Shown: positions 18,958 to 28,899 of the stretch, in pieces
Numbering within the stretch: the first letter of the stretch is position 1
How the letters are laid out: each line of letters opens with the position of its first letter
NCBI GenBank assembly: GCA_036229005.1
Contig: JAZAMN010000052.1
Location: 416,001-480,000, forward strand
Reading direction: 5' to 3'
DNA length: 64,000 nt
DNA from: Myxococcota bacterium
GTDB taxonomy: Bacteria > Myxococcota_A > UBA796 > CAJQPC01
Translations under genes and position numbers: made by a program
Notes under the pieces: model-generated
Databases searched by the model: none
Told to the model about the DNA's origin: nothing
The model's input: only the letters and a program-made list of their open reading frames with translations

Positions 18958-20427
18958 TCAGAACTTGAAGCCCAGGCCCGCGGTCAGCCGCGTGGTGGTC
19001 GTCACGTGGGTGCGGGCCTCGGGGGTGTTCTCCATCATCTCCGCGCTCTCCCGGTAGGGGTCGGCCCCCAGGATGAACGCGGTGTAGGGCAGCTCCACGA
19101 AGAGCGCGAGCTGCGGGGTCACGTCCAGCGCGAGTCCCAGTCCAGCGCCGATGCCCAGGGGCTGCATCGCGGGTCGCCCGGGCTGGTAGCTGACCTTGGC
19201 CGTGTCCTGGAGGATGTAGGCGTCGTAGAAGCGCATGTTGGCGTGGGCCAGCAGGTAGGGCTTCACCACACCGACGGGGCGGGGGAAGAAGCGCAGGCGC
19301 GGCTCGACCAGGGCCAACGCTGCGGCCGCGGGGGCCCGGACATCGGTCTCCTCGTCGGCGAAGCCGTCCTCGTCCACCAGCTCCCAGCCGGTGGTGAGCT
19401 GCTTCTCGGAGTACTGGATGGCCACCAGGGCGCCCAGGTCCCAGCGCGGCGAGAGGCTGGCGTAGAGGTGGGCGCTCCCCTGCCCTCGCCGGCCGCCCGT
19501 GAGCACGTCCTCCTCGTAGCGGTCCAGCTCGATGAAGTCGTCGTCGCTGTCCTGCTGCAGGACCAGGCGCAGGGTCACGCTGCGGTCCACGGAGCCGAAG
19601 GCCCCACCGCCGCCGAACTCCAGGCCGACGGTCTCGGTGCGCACCCGGTTGACCCGCAGCCAGGCGTCGGGGTCGTCCATTCCGCTGGCCAGGTAGCGCT
19701 CGTAGAGGGCCTTGGAGATCCCCATCTCCTTGCGCTCGGCCTCGTCCCAGGGATCGGCGTCGGTGCCCGAGGGCAGGCTGGTGTGGCCACCTGCAGGCGC
19801 CTCATCGCCGCCCTGTGGCGGGGTGTCCTCGGGAGGGTCCCCCGGTCCATCCTGGGGTGCGTCGGCCGGCTCCGTGGGTTCGGTGGGGGCGACAGGCCCG
19901 GTGGGCTCGAAGCCGACCTGGGCCTCCAGCAGCGCGGCGGCGAGATCCGCCATGTCGGCGGTGAAGCCGAACTCGGCCCCGCCAAAGACCGTCTCGTTCA
20001 CGATCTTGATCGGGGTGGCCTTGTCCGGCGTGTAGAAGGACACGGTCACGTCCAGGCCAGCGTCGGTGGTCTCCACCTGGCCCACGACGGCCAGAGGCAC
20101 CGGGTAGGCGCTCCAGAGGTTGCCGGGGCAGGCCTCGTTGTCCGCGCAGTCCACGGCGGCCTCGCCGGCAGAGACGGAGAGCTCCGCGCCGTCGATGGGG
20201 TCCATGCCGCGGGCCTCCAGGTCCTGGAGGAGCTGGTCGTAGAGCATGAACGCGATGCTGATGTCGGAGACGCTCACCGCGGTGAACTCCGGGACCAGCA
20301 GCGCGCCACCGGACCCCGCGGGCGCCTCCGATGGCGCCTCCGGGGCGGTCTGTGCAGCCGGCGCGGGATCCTGAGCGGGATCCTGCGCCTGGGCCGATGT
20401 GTGAAGCAGCACTGCCAACGCCAGCAT
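18958..20427 (-). CDS. Exported protein with probable C-terminal outer-membrane beta-barrel
   Basis: GGAGG SD, signal peptide MLALAVLLHTSAQA, Pro-rich linkers, amphipathic strands ending LTAGLGFKF. Confidence 0.7.
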   Translation of the reverse strand: MLALAVLLHTSAQAQDPAQDPAPAAQTAPEAPSEAPAGSGGALLVPEFTAVSVSDISIAFMLYDQLLQDLEARGMDPIDGAELSVSAGEAAVDCADNEACPGNLWSAYPVPLAVVGQVETTDAGLDVTVSFYTPDKATPIKIVNETVFGGAEFGFTADMADLAAALLEAQVGFEPTGPVAPTEPTEPADAPQDGPGDPPEDTPPQGGDEAPAGGHTSLPSGTDADPWDEAERKEMGISKALYERYLASGMDDPDAWLRVNRVRTETVGLEFGGGGAFGSVDRSVTLRLVLQQDSDDDFIELDRYEEDVLTGGRRGQGSAHLYASLSPRWDLGALVAIQYSEKQLTTGWELVDEDGFADEETDVRAPAAAALALVEPRLRFFPRPVGVVKPYLLAHANMRFYDAYILQDTAKVSYQPGRPAMQPLGIGAGLGLALDVTPQLALFVELPYTAFILGADPYRESAEMMENTPEARTHVTTTTRLTAGLGFKF

Positions 20428-20536
20428 GGGGCCTCCGAGCCCAGGCCGATAACCCCCCGTGGCTGCTCCACAAAGCCCCGATCCCTCCACGACTGCCCTT
20501 GACGCTCTCCGCACAGGGGTTAGCTGGGCGTCGCCT

Positions 20537-20612
<76 letters not shown>

Positions 20613-20614
20613 TC

Positions 20615-20644
20615 AAACGCCGTCAGGTCCCCCTGGCGGCGTTT
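20615..20644 (+). terminator. Intrinsic terminator-like hairpin after the tRNA
   Basis: AAACGCCGTCAGG...CCTGGCGGCGTTT inverted repeat (one G-U pair) ending in T residues. Confidence 0.7.
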
Positions 20645-20713
20645 GTGCTCTGCCTCCCCCTCCAGCCTCGCCCGCGCCTTGCGGGCGCCCCAATCAGCAG
20701 GCACCTTCTGCCC

Positions 20714-22105
20714 GTGCACACCGACCGCCTCTGGGACGGGAGCCGCTGGGCCCTGGTGGTCCTGGCCGCCCTCGCCCACCTCGCCTTCGCCGCCCTGGAC
20801 ACCCGACTCCCGGCGGACGGGGCGCTGGTGGTGCACGACCTGGGCCCCTGGCTGCTGGCTTTCGAGAACGGCACCCTGCCGCCCGAGCTGCTGCGCGAGT
20901 CAGGGGCTTGGTACAGCGCCGGGATGGCTGCGGCTCTTCACCTGAGCGACCGTGCCCCCGCGGCCTTGCGGCTCTACTGCGCGAGCTTCGGGCTGTTGCT
21001 GCTGATCCAGACCGGCCGCCTGGGGCGCCTGCTGCACGGGCCCGCTGGAGGTGCGCTCGCCACCGGCCTGCTCCTGAGCATGCCCCTGGTGACCGGACTG
21101 GCCCGCATCCCCTGGTTCCACATCCCCGAGGCCGCCTTGGTGGTGACCGCCGCGCTGGCCCTGCAGCGCGATCCCCAGCTCCAGCGCTGGACGAGCTGGG
21201 CCGTCCTGGTCCCCAGCGGGCTCCTGGTGGCCAGCCTGCGCACCACCGGGCCCTTCTGGTTGCTCAGCCTCGCCCCCCTGCTCTGGCCCGCGCTGAGCGC
21301 CCGGAACTGGCGGGTGCTCCTGCTCCCCTTGCTCTGGCTCCCCGGGGCCTGGATCCAGCTCCTCGTGGTCGCCGAATACCTCGGCGGCAAGCTGGCCCAG
21401 AGGGAGCGCTACGCCGAGGCGGTCCCGGGGATCTGGGCCCAGCTTGACCTCGCTGTCGGGCGGGTGCCTCTGCTGTTGGCGGCGGCCGGGATCGTGGTCG
21501 GTGGGCCCTGGCGTGCTCGGCGCCCAGAGCTCCTCCTCCTCGTGCTCTGGCTGGGGCTGCCCCTGCTGCTGGTGGGGGTGTTCAGAGCGGGCGTGGACAA
21601 CCACCCGCTGATCTGCGTGGGGCTCGCGCTGCTGGGGGCCTCGGCGACGGAGCGCTCTCACTGGGCGGCGGCGGTCCCGGTTGGATGGGCGGTGCTGTAC
21701 TGGGGCTTGATGTGGGGCCTCCCGGAGGGGCTGAGGGCGCGGGTCCCCTTGTGGCGAGCGGAGTCACCCCGCATGACGCTCCAGGTGCCCTGGACCGGCT
21801 TTGGTCAGGCGGAGATCGAGGAGATCCTGAGGCTGGCCTGCACAGGCCCGGAGCGCTGTGATCTCTGGGTCAGCGGAGGGCTCAGCCACGGAGCGGATCA
21901 CTCCACCGGGTCTCTGGAGGGGCTGCTGCTGGGTCGGCCTCTGCGGATCCAGGCCAACCTCCCCCCACCGCACCGTCCAGGAGCCTGGGTATGGCGTCAT
22001 GGCCCAAGCGAGGTCAACCCGCTGCCTCCCGTCCAGCGCAAGCTCATGCACCCTGTGGCGGAGTTCTCGGACGGAGACCAGGTGGTGGAGGTCTGGGCAC
22101 GCTGA
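20714..22105 (+). CDS. Polytopic membrane protein, ArnT/GT-C glycosyltransferase-like (start uncertain)
   Basis: About 10 TM helices; acidic loop after TM1 (DTRLPADG); LGRLLHGPAGGALATGLL pattern typical of PMT/ArnT-like proteins. Confidence 0.6.
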   Translation: MHTDRLWDGSRWALVVLAALAHLAFAALDTRLPADGALVVHDLGPWLLAFENGTLPPELLRESGAWYSAGMAAALHLSDRAPAALRLYCASFGLLLLIQTGRLGRLLHGPAGGALATGLLLSMPLVTGLARIPWFHIPEAALVVTAALALQRDPQLQRWTSWAVLVPSGLLVASLRTTGPFWLLSLAPLLWPALSARNWRVLLLPLLWLPGAWIQLLVVAEYLGGKLAQRERYAEAVPGIWAQLDLAVGRVPLLLAAAGIVVGGPWRARRPELLLLVLWLGLPLLLVGVFRAGVDNHPLICVGLALLGASATERSHWAAAVPVGWAVLYWGLMWGLPEGLRARVPLWRAESPRMTLQVPWTGFGQAEIEEILRLACTGPERCDLWVSGGLSHGADHSTGSLEGLLLGRPLRIQANLPPPHRPGAWVWRHGPSEVNPLPPVQRKLMHPVAEFSDGDQVVEVWAR

Positions 22106-22120
22106 GCGCCCCAGCGAGCC

Positions 22121-23305
22121 TCAATCCAGCCCGGCCTGCTCGCAGAGCGCCATGTCCGCGACGCTGGGCTGCACGCCCAGGCGCTGGGCGAGGTGCCGGA
22201 TGAACACGCGCTCCTGCTCGTGGACGCGCTCGTCGGCCTGGGCGATGTGGCAGAGGTCCCGGATGAGCTGCACGCGCTTGGGGGGCGCGACCAGGGCCAC
22301 CACGCGCTCGATGCGCTCGGGCAGGACTTCCTTGAGGCGCTCGGGGTCCAGGGTGCGCGGGACCCGGTCGTGGCCCAGCAGCCCGGCCAGGGCCTGGACC
22401 TCGACGCGGGAGAGCTCCCCGTCCGAGCCGCCCAGGACCGCACCCGCCGCGAAGAGCAGCCGACGCATGGCCTCCGCGCCCTCGCTGTCCTCCTCCAGGT
22501 AGCTGGCCTCCATCAGGCCCATCAGCCCCTGGACCTGCGCCTCCATCTCGGGCATCGGGGTGCCCTGCGGGCGCATGACCTCGCTGTGGGAGAAGGCCTC
22601 CGCGGCGCGCATGCGGACCGGTGAGAAGGGGTGGGTCGACATCCAGTCCATCACCGAGGCCCCTCGGCCCAGCGACTCATCCTCGCGGTAGAGCTCCTCG
22701 GCCTGGCGCATGTACGCCGCGACCTGCTCGGGGCCCGGGGCCTGCCGCATGCCGGAGGAGAGCTTGAAGAAGCTGCGCAGCGCGCCGCTGAGGCTGCCGG
22801 TGCAGAGCAGCCCGGCGCGGTCGGCGGAGAGCTCGGCCTGACGCAGCCAGGCGTGGCCCTTGAGCAGGGTCCGGGCGGCCACTCCGCTGCCCTGCTGGAA
22901 GGCCTGGAGGGGGATCCTGTGGTGCTCGTAGATGTGGTGACCCAGCTCGTGCCCGATCACGAAGGTGAGCTCCGGGGTGTCGAAGGCCTCCAGCAGGCTG
23001 GCGGTGAGCAGCAGGAAGACGCGGCCATTCTCGGGGCTGGTGCAGCCGGCGTTGAACTGGGGGGCGGCGTAGACGTAGACCTCCAGCTCCGTGTCGACCT
23101 TGAGGGTCCGGACGCAGTGATCCAGGACCTCGTGCAGCTCGGGGGCGATCTGGGGGGTGAGGCGCAGGGCCTGGGCCAACAGGGAGCGCCGGGTGTTCCC
23201 GCCCGCATCGGCCACCAGGGCGCTCATCTGCTGGATCTGGGGGTCCTCGAGCAGGGCCTGGGCCATGGCGCGATCGACGGGGTTTCTGAGGCTCTGGGGA
23301 TCCAT
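22121..23305 (-). CDS. M48 family zinc metalloprotease with C-terminal TerB-like domain
   Basis: FVIGHELGH (HExxH), ELSADRAG, STHP; C-terminal SDGELSRVE and IAQADERVHEQE. Confidence 0.85.
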   Translation of the reverse strand: MDPQSLRNPVDRAMAQALLEDPQIQQMSALVADAGGNTRRSLLAQALRLTPQIAPELHEVLDHCVRTLKVDTELEVYVYAAPQFNAGCTSPENGRVFLLLTASLLEAFDTPELTFVIGHELGHHIYEHHRIPLQAFQQGSGVAARTLLKGHAWLRQAELSADRAGLLCTGSLSGALRSFFKLSSGMRQAPGPEQVAAYMRQAEELYREDESLGRGASVMDWMSTHPFSPVRMRAAEAFSHSEVMRPQGTPMPEMEAQVQGLMGLMEASYLEEDSEGAEAMRRLLFAAGAVLGGSDGELSRVEVQALAGLLGHDRVPRTLDPERLKEVLPERIERVVALVAPPKRVQLIRDLCHIAQADERVHEQERVFIRHLAQRLGVQPSVADMALCEQAGLD

Positions 23306-23366
23306 GTGTGCTCCATCTCTGGGCTCTGACGCCCCGGAATTGATAGCAGCGGGGGCCGGAGACACC

Positions 23367-24551
23367 ATGCCATCCCTCTCTCGTCGCAGCGCCAAGCTCC
23401 GCTCCAGCGCCATCCGCAAGCTGGACGCCCTGGTCGCGCAGCGGCCCCAGACCCGCTTCTACCGGGTGAACATCGGCCAGCCGGACGTGCCCACCCCCAA
23501 GCCCATGTTGGACGCGATCGCCGCGTTCAACCCGGCGGTGCTGGCCTACGGTCCGGCCTCGGGGATCGGGGCGTGCCGCGAGGCGGCGGCGGCCTACCAC
23601 GCCCGGTGGGCCCCGGAGCTGCAGCCCGAGCACGTCGCGGTCACCACCGGCGGCAGCGAGGCGCTGATCTTCGCCATCGCGCTGGCCTGCGACACCGACG
23701 ATGAGATCCTGGTCCCCGAGCCCTACTACACGAACTACCACGGCTTTGCGACCACCGCGGGCGCCCGCCTGCGCCCCCTGCGCACGCACCTGGAGCGCGG
23801 CTTCGCCCTGCCCACGCGGGAGGAGTTGGAGGCGGCCCTCACCCCGCACACCCGGGCCATCCTGCTGGCCAACCCGGGCAACCCCACGGGCGCGATCTAC
23901 GACCGAGAGCAGATGGCCTCGCTGGTGGCTTTTGCCGTCGAGCATGACCTGTTCATCCTCAGCGATGAGGTGTACCGCCGCATCTGGTTCGACCAGCCGC
24001 CCCCCTCCATCCTGGAGTTCCCCGAGGCGCGGCAGCTCGCGGTGTGCATCGACTCGCTCTCCAAGACCTGGAGCGCCTGCGGGCTGCGCCTGGGCTTCCT
24101 GATCTCCTTCAACGAAGAGCTGATGGCGGCCGTCGAGCGCCTGGGCCAGTCCCGCCTGGGGCCCCAACCCCTGGCCCAGGAGGCCGCGCTGGCCGCCCTG
24201 AGCATGCCCGAGTCCCACTATGAGGAGACCCGGCTGATCTACCGCGACCGCATCGACGCGCTGATGGAGGCCCTGGAGCCCATCGAGGGCGTCGAGGTGC
24301 ACCGGCCCCAGGGGGCCTTCTACCTGATGGCCCGGCTCCCGGTGGAGGACACCGAGGACTTCGCCCGCTTCATGGCGGCCGAGTTCGAGGACGAGGGCGA
24401 GTCGGTGGTGGTCGCGCCGGGCGGGGGCTTCTTCTCGAACCCCCACGACGGCCGGCACCTGATCCGCCTGGCCGCCGTCCTGGAGCCCGCCAAGCTGCGG
24501 CGCGCCGGTGAGCTCATCGGGCTGGGGCTGCAGGCGTACAAGGCCCGCTGA
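23367..24551 (+). CDS. PLP-dependent aminotransferase class I/II (AspC-like)
   Basis: NIGQPD, TTGGSEAL, NPGNPTG, SDEVY, SLSKTWSACGLRLG. Confidence 0.93.
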   Translation: MPSLSRRSAKLRSSAIRKLDALVAQRPQTRFYRVNIGQPDVPTPKPMLDAIAAFNPAVLAYGPASGIGACREAAAAYHARWAPELQPEHVAVTTGGSEALIFAIALACDTDDEILVPEPYYTNYHGFATTAGARLRPLRTHLERGFALPTREELEAALTPHTRAILLANPGNPTGAIYDREQMASLVAFAVEHDLFILSDEVYRRIWFDQPPPSILEFPEARQLAVCIDSLSKTWSACGLRLGFLISFNEELMAAVERLGQSRLGPQPLAQEAALAALSMPESHYEETRLIYRDRIDALMEALEPIEGVEVHRPQGAFYLMARLPVEDTEDFARFMAAEFEDEGESVVVAPGGGFFSNPHDGRHLIRLAAVLEPAKLRRAGELIGLGLQAYKAR

Positions 24552-24569
24552 GCCCCGCTGCGTCCCCCG

Positions 24570-27395
24570 CTATTCGGCGCCTTCGGGAGCGGCGGGCTCG
24601 GGGGCCAGCTCGGGGGCGGGATCGGTCGGCGCCAGCGTGTCCTCGCTGGTGGGATCGGTGGTCAAGGCGGTGAGCTCGGCCAACTGCTGCTCGAAGGTGG
24701 AGAGCGCAGCCCCGTACGCTGCCCAGTCCCCTCCCCTCTGGGCAGACATGGCGGCCTCCCAGCTCGTGTTGAGGGTCTGGACGACCTCGCCCAGGCTGGT
24801 GCCGCCCTGGGCCACGACGGGGAGCGCATCGCCGGTGGTCTCGGGGACGCCGGCCTGCCCGAAGACGGCGAGCAGGGCCTCCTCCAGGGTGCGCTCCATG
24901 GCGATGTTGTCGCCGTAGGTGACCAGCACGCGCTTGAGCTCAGGCAGCTCGGAGCTGGCGGCCTCCAGGTAGAGCGGCATCACGTAGAGCAGGGAGTCCT
25001 GGACCGGGATGACCAACAGGGAGCCGCGGGTGACCTTGGAGCCCTTCTGGTCCCACAGGGACATCTCCTTGGAGATCTCGGGGTCCTGGTTGATGCGGGC
25101 CTCGATCTGCTGGGGGCCGAAGATCAGCTTCTGCTTGGGGAACTGGTAGAGCTGCAGGGAGCCGGCGGTGTCGCCGTCGGAGCGGGCGGCCAGCCAGGCG
25201 ATCATGTTCTGCTTGTCCTTGGGGACGTAGGGCTGGAGCAGCACGAACTCGGCCTGGTCTTTGCCGGGCAGCTTCATGATCAGGTAGTTGGGCCGGCTGG
25301 AGCGGAGCTGGGAGCCCATGACCTCGGTCCCGGTGCCCGAGCGCGAGGCGAAGTCCCAGAGGTCCTCGGCGTTGTAGAAGACCCCCACCCGCTCCATGTG
25401 GTAGCGGGCGTAGACCTGGGCCTGGACCAGGAAGAAGTCCATGGGGTAGCGCAGGTGGGCCTGCAGCTCGGCGGGCATCTCGGTCATGGGGCGGAACACG
25501 CCCTCGAAGATGGCGGCGTAGGCCTGGACCACGGGGTCCGCGTCGTCGCTGACGAAGAAGGTGACGCTGCCGTCGTAGGCGTCGACCACCACCTTGACCG
25601 CGTTGCGCATGTAGTTGACCTTGCGCACGCCCCCGGCCCCGCGGAAGAGCACGGGCTCCGAGTAGGGGTAGCTGGAGGAGGTGGTGTAGGCGTCGAGCAC
25701 CCAGACCAGGCGGCCGTCGACGACGACCATGTAGGGGTCCGAGTCGAGCATCAGAAAGGGCGCGATGCTCTGCACGCGGCTGCGGATGTCGCGCCGGAAG
25801 TGCACCTTGGACTCGGAGGTCAGGTAGTTGGACAGCAGGATGTCCAGGCTGCCGAAGTGGGCCGCGAAGAGCAGCTTCTTGCCGAGGGACCCGATGGGCA
25901 CGCCGCCGGTCCCGGCGTAGCGGGTGTACTGGTTCTCGTCGCCGTCGGGGTAGTCGAACTCGTCCGTGGTGGTGGCGGTGAACACGTAGGTGTTGGTGAG
26001 CTCGCCGTAGTAGATCTCCGGCCGGTCGAGCTGCAGGTCGATGTTGGACTCGGTGGGGATGTCCTGCAGGAAGAGCTCAGGGAGACCTCGGTCGGTCACG
26101 GCGTTCACGGGGCTCATGGCGACACCGTGCCCGTGGGTGTACTGGAAGTGCTCGTTCACCCAGCTCCGGTTCTCCACCTTGGCGTAGTTGAGCTCGCGCG
26201 CGGAGAGCATCACCTGCCGCAGGGTGCCGTCGATCAGGTAGCGGTCCACGTCGACGTCGTGGAACTGGTAGTAGGGCCGGATGCCCTGGATCTGGGTGTA
26301 GGTGGTCTTGAGCTGGCCGTCGTCCCAGACGCGGATGTTCTTGATGGTCTCGGGGTTGTCGTCCAGATCCTGGGCGGTCAGGCCGGACTCCGCCGCGAAG
26401 GGCTCGGCGGCGATGCGGTCCAGCGCGAAGGCCTTCCGCGTGAAGGCGATGTTGTCCTCCAGGAAGGGCGTCTCGATGTCCAGCTCGTTGGGGGTGACCA
26501 TCCAGGTCTGCAGGAGGCTGGGCCAGACGCCCTTGAGCAAGCCCCAGGACAGGCCGTAGAGCGCGAAGGCGCCGGTGGGCAGGCGCCAATCCCGGCGGCG
26601 GGTGGCGACCAGCAGGGCCAGGGCGGAGAGCAGCGAGACGCCGATGAGGATCCAGTGGGCGGGCAGCGAGCCGTTCAGATCCGCGTAGCCCATGCCGTAG
26701 ACCACCCCGCTCTTCTCGAAGAGGAGCTGGAAGCTCTCCAGGTGCCAGCCCACAGCGAGCACGGCGAAGAAGAGCGCGCCCAGCACGAGCAGGTGGCTGC
26801 GGGCCCGGCGGGTGAGGCCGTCCCGCTGACCCACGAACACATCGCGCATGAAATAGAAGGCCAGCAGCGGCAGGGCCGTCACGGCGATCAGCGCGGCCAG
26901 AGCGTCCTGGAAGTGCTGGTACACCGGCAGGGAGAAGATGTAGAAGCCCAGGTCCTTCTCAAAGACGGGGTCCACCTCTCCAAAGGGTTGGCGGTGAAGC
27001 CAGGTCAGCACGGCCATCCAAGCCGAGGACAGGGTGGCGCCAAAGAGCAGGGCGGGCAGGGCCATCCAGGCGCCCACGCCGACGCGGAATGCGTTGCGGA
27101 GCTGGGGCCCGGTGAGGCCGCGATCCAGGACCAGGCGGGCGGCCCGGCGGAAGTCGATGGGGGCCTCGCGGGTGGCGAAGGCCAGGTTCCCGGCGATGAA
27201 GAGCACCGTGAGGGCGGCGCCCACGAACCACAGGCCCAGGCGCGCGGCCAGGCTGGTCGTGTAGACGGCGCTGTAGCCCAGGGCGTCGAACCACAGGTAG
27301 TCGACCAGGGCCTTGATGGTGTTGCCCGAGAGGAGCCAGACCGCGACGGCGATCACGGCCAGGATGCGAAGGAGGCGACCGCGCTGCTTGTTCAT
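24570..27395 (-). CDS. UPF0182 family membrane protein
   Basis: DYLWFDALGY, DPVFEKDLGFYIFSLP, NIRVWD, YTHGHG, RPEIYYGE, NYMRNAVKVVVDAYDG, LPELKRV. Confidence 0.93.
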   Translation of the reverse strand: MNKQRGRLLRILAVIAVAVWLLSGNTIKALVDYLWFDALGYSAVYTTSLAARLGLWFVGAALTVLFIAGNLAFATREAPIDFRRAARLVLDRGLTGPQLRNAFRVGVGAWMALPALLFGATLSSAWMAVLTWLHRQPFGEVDPVFEKDLGFYIFSLPVYQHFQDALAALIAVTALPLLAFYFMRDVFVGQRDGLTRRARSHLLVLGALFFAVLAVGWHLESFQLLFEKSGVVYGMGYADLNGSLPAHWILIGVSLLSALALLVATRRRDWRLPTGAFALYGLSWGLLKGVWPSLLQTWMVTPNELDIETPFLEDNIAFTRKAFALDRIAAEPFAAESGLTAQDLDDNPETIKNIRVWDDGQLKTTYTQIQGIRPYYQFHDVDVDRYLIDGTLRQVMLSARELNYAKVENRSWVNEHFQYTHGHGVAMSPVNAVTDRGLPELFLQDIPTESNIDLQLDRPEIYYGELTNTYVFTATTTDEFDYPDGDENQYTRYAGTGGVPIGSLGKKLLFAAHFGSLDILLSNYLTSESKVHFRRDIRSRVQSIAPFLMLDSDPYMVVVDGRLVWVLDAYTTSSSYPYSEPVLFRGAGGVRKVNYMRNAVKVVVDAYDGSVTFFVSDDADPVVQAYAAIFEGVFRPMTEMPAELQAHLRYPMDFFLVQAQVYARYHMERVGVFYNAEDLWDFASRSGTGTEVMGSQLRSSRPNYLIMKLPGKDQAEFVLLQPYVPKDKQNMIAWLAARSDGDTAGSLQLYQFPKQKLIFGPQQIEARINQDPEISKEMSLWDQKGSKVTRGSLLVIPVQDSLLYVMPLYLEAASSELPELKRVLVTYGDNIAMERTLEEALLAVFGQAGVPETTGDALPVVAQGGTSLGEVVQTLNTSWEAAMSAQRGGDWAAYGAALSTFEQQLAELTALTTDPTSEDTLAPTDPAPELAPEPAAPEGAE

Positions 27396-27447
27396 GCCTT
27401 GGGCCTTAGCCGGATAAGCGGGTCTCTGCCTGCCCCCCGGAGCCCTC

Positions 27448-28560
27448 ATGTCCCTGGTCCTGCTGCTCGCCTGCACCACCTCTGCGCCCCCGGAGCCCCC
27501 GCCCAGCGAGCCCGTGGACGCCGAGCACCCCGGACACTGGACCCGTCGGGACAACCTGAACTTTGGCCACGCGGAGTTCTCGCTGGTGCCCACGGACGCC
27601 GGGGTCGTGATCTTTGGCGGCTACTCCAACAAGGCCGAGCGCTGGGACCCCGAGAGCGGCCAGTCGTTGCGACTGGATGACGCACCGGCGGAGCTGCTGG
27701 GCGCGGTCGGACTGCCCTTCGCGGGTGGCGCGCTCTACCTGGGTGGGAGGCGGCCCCAGGGCAAGTTCGCCGGCGAGTCGCTGGCCTGGTCCCCGGAGAC
27801 CGGCTGGTCCACGCTGCCTGCCCTGAGCACCCCGCGCTCGGAGGCCGTGGGCACCGTGCTCGACGGCAAGGCGCTGGTGTGCGGCGGGCAGGGCGTGGAC
27901 GGTCCGCTGGCGAGCTGCGAGTGGTTCGACGGCAGCGTGTCCTCGCCGGCGCCTGAGATGCCGGGTCCCAGGGCTGGAGCGGTCGCGGTGCGCAGCGGTG
28001 AGGACTGGATCCTCGTAGGCGGCACCGGTCCCTCTCCCCTGCCCCTCTACCGCTTCCACAAGGGCGCCTGGGAGTCCTGGGGCGAGCTGGACGCGGCGCT
28101 GACCCTGCACGCGGCGGTCGCGGTGGACGGGGGCGTGCTGGTGATCGGCGGCAAGGACGCAGAGGGCGCCCGCAGCAAGGTCCTCTTCTGCGACGGCACC
28201 TGCAAGGAGGTGGCTCCTCTGAACGAGGCGCGCGCTGGCCTGGGTGCGGGGCTGCTGGGAGACGGCCGCGTGGTGGCGTTCGGCGGCGAGGCCCTCCCGG
28301 AGAACCCGGACGCCCTGCCTCTGCGCAGCACGGAGCTACGCACTCTGGAGGGCACCTGGGAGCTGGGCGAGAAGGCCGGCCAGGCGCGGACGGGCGCGGT
28401 GGCCCTGCCCCTGGAGGACGGCACGCTGCTGGTGGTCGGCGGGGAGTCCCGCTCCAAGTCGATCACGGCGATCTCCACCTTCTCGCCGGAGGACAAGCCC
28501 CCGCGGACGCCCCAGGCGCAGCCGGAGCCCGCACCCGTCGAGACCCCAACCTCCCCCTGA
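27448..28560 (+). CDS. Kelch-repeat lipoprotein
   Basis: MSLVLLLAC lipobox; repeated hydrophobic-GG ... W kelch units (VIFGG, LYLGG, LVCGG, LVIGG, VAFGG, LVVGG). Confidence 0.85.
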   Translation: MSLVLLLACTTSAPPEPPPSEPVDAEHPGHWTRRDNLNFGHAEFSLVPTDAGVVIFGGYSNKAERWDPESGQSLRLDDAPAELLGAVGLPFAGGALYLGGRRPQGKFAGESLAWSPETGWSTLPALSTPRSEAVGTVLDGKALVCGGQGVDGPLASCEWFDGSVSSPAPEMPGPRAGAVAVRSGEDWILVGGTGPSPLPLYRFHKGAWESWGELDAALTLHAAVAVDGGVLVIGGKDAEGARSKVLFCDGTCKEVAPLNEARAGLGAGLLGDGRVVAFGGEALPENPDALPLRSTELRTLEGTWELGEKAGQARTGAVALPLEDGTLLVVGGESRSKSITAISTFSPEDKPPRTPQAQPEPAPVETPTSP

Positions 28561-28572
28561 GTCGAGGCCCAC

Positions 28573-28896
28573 ATGCGCATCCCCGAGATCACCCCCGAGC
28601 AGACCCACGCCCGCATCCAAGCTGGCGAGGAGATCTGCATCCTGGACTGCCGCGAGGGCTTCGAGCTCGCCCTGGCCAAGCTGCCCTTCAAGGTGCTCCA
28701 CATCCCCCTGATGCAGCTCGAGGACTACGAAGACCAGCTCCCTCGGGACCGCCAGATCGTGGTCATGTGCCACCACGGCGTCCGCTCGCTGACGGGCGCC
28801 ATGTGGCTGCGGGAGTGGGGCCTGGAGGCCGTCTCCATGAAGGGCGGCATCGACCGCTGGGCCATCCAGGTGGACGGCTCCGTGGGTCGCTACTGA
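28573..28896 (+). CDS. Single-domain rhodanese/sulfurtransferase
   Basis: LDCRE, HIPL, CHHGVRS active-site loop, MKGGIDRW. Confidence 0.92.
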   Translation: MRIPEITPEQTHARIQAGEEICILDCREGFELALAKLPFKVLHIPLMQLEDYEDQLPRDRQIVVMCHHGVRSLTGAMWLREWGLEAVSMKGGIDRWAIQVDGSVGRY

Positions 28897-28899
28897 GCG

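Noticed and set aside
20499..20526. Promoter for the tRNA (TTGACG-N16-TAGCTG)
   Set aside because: Plausible, but the -10 lacks the conserved final T, so it is too weak to list as a feature
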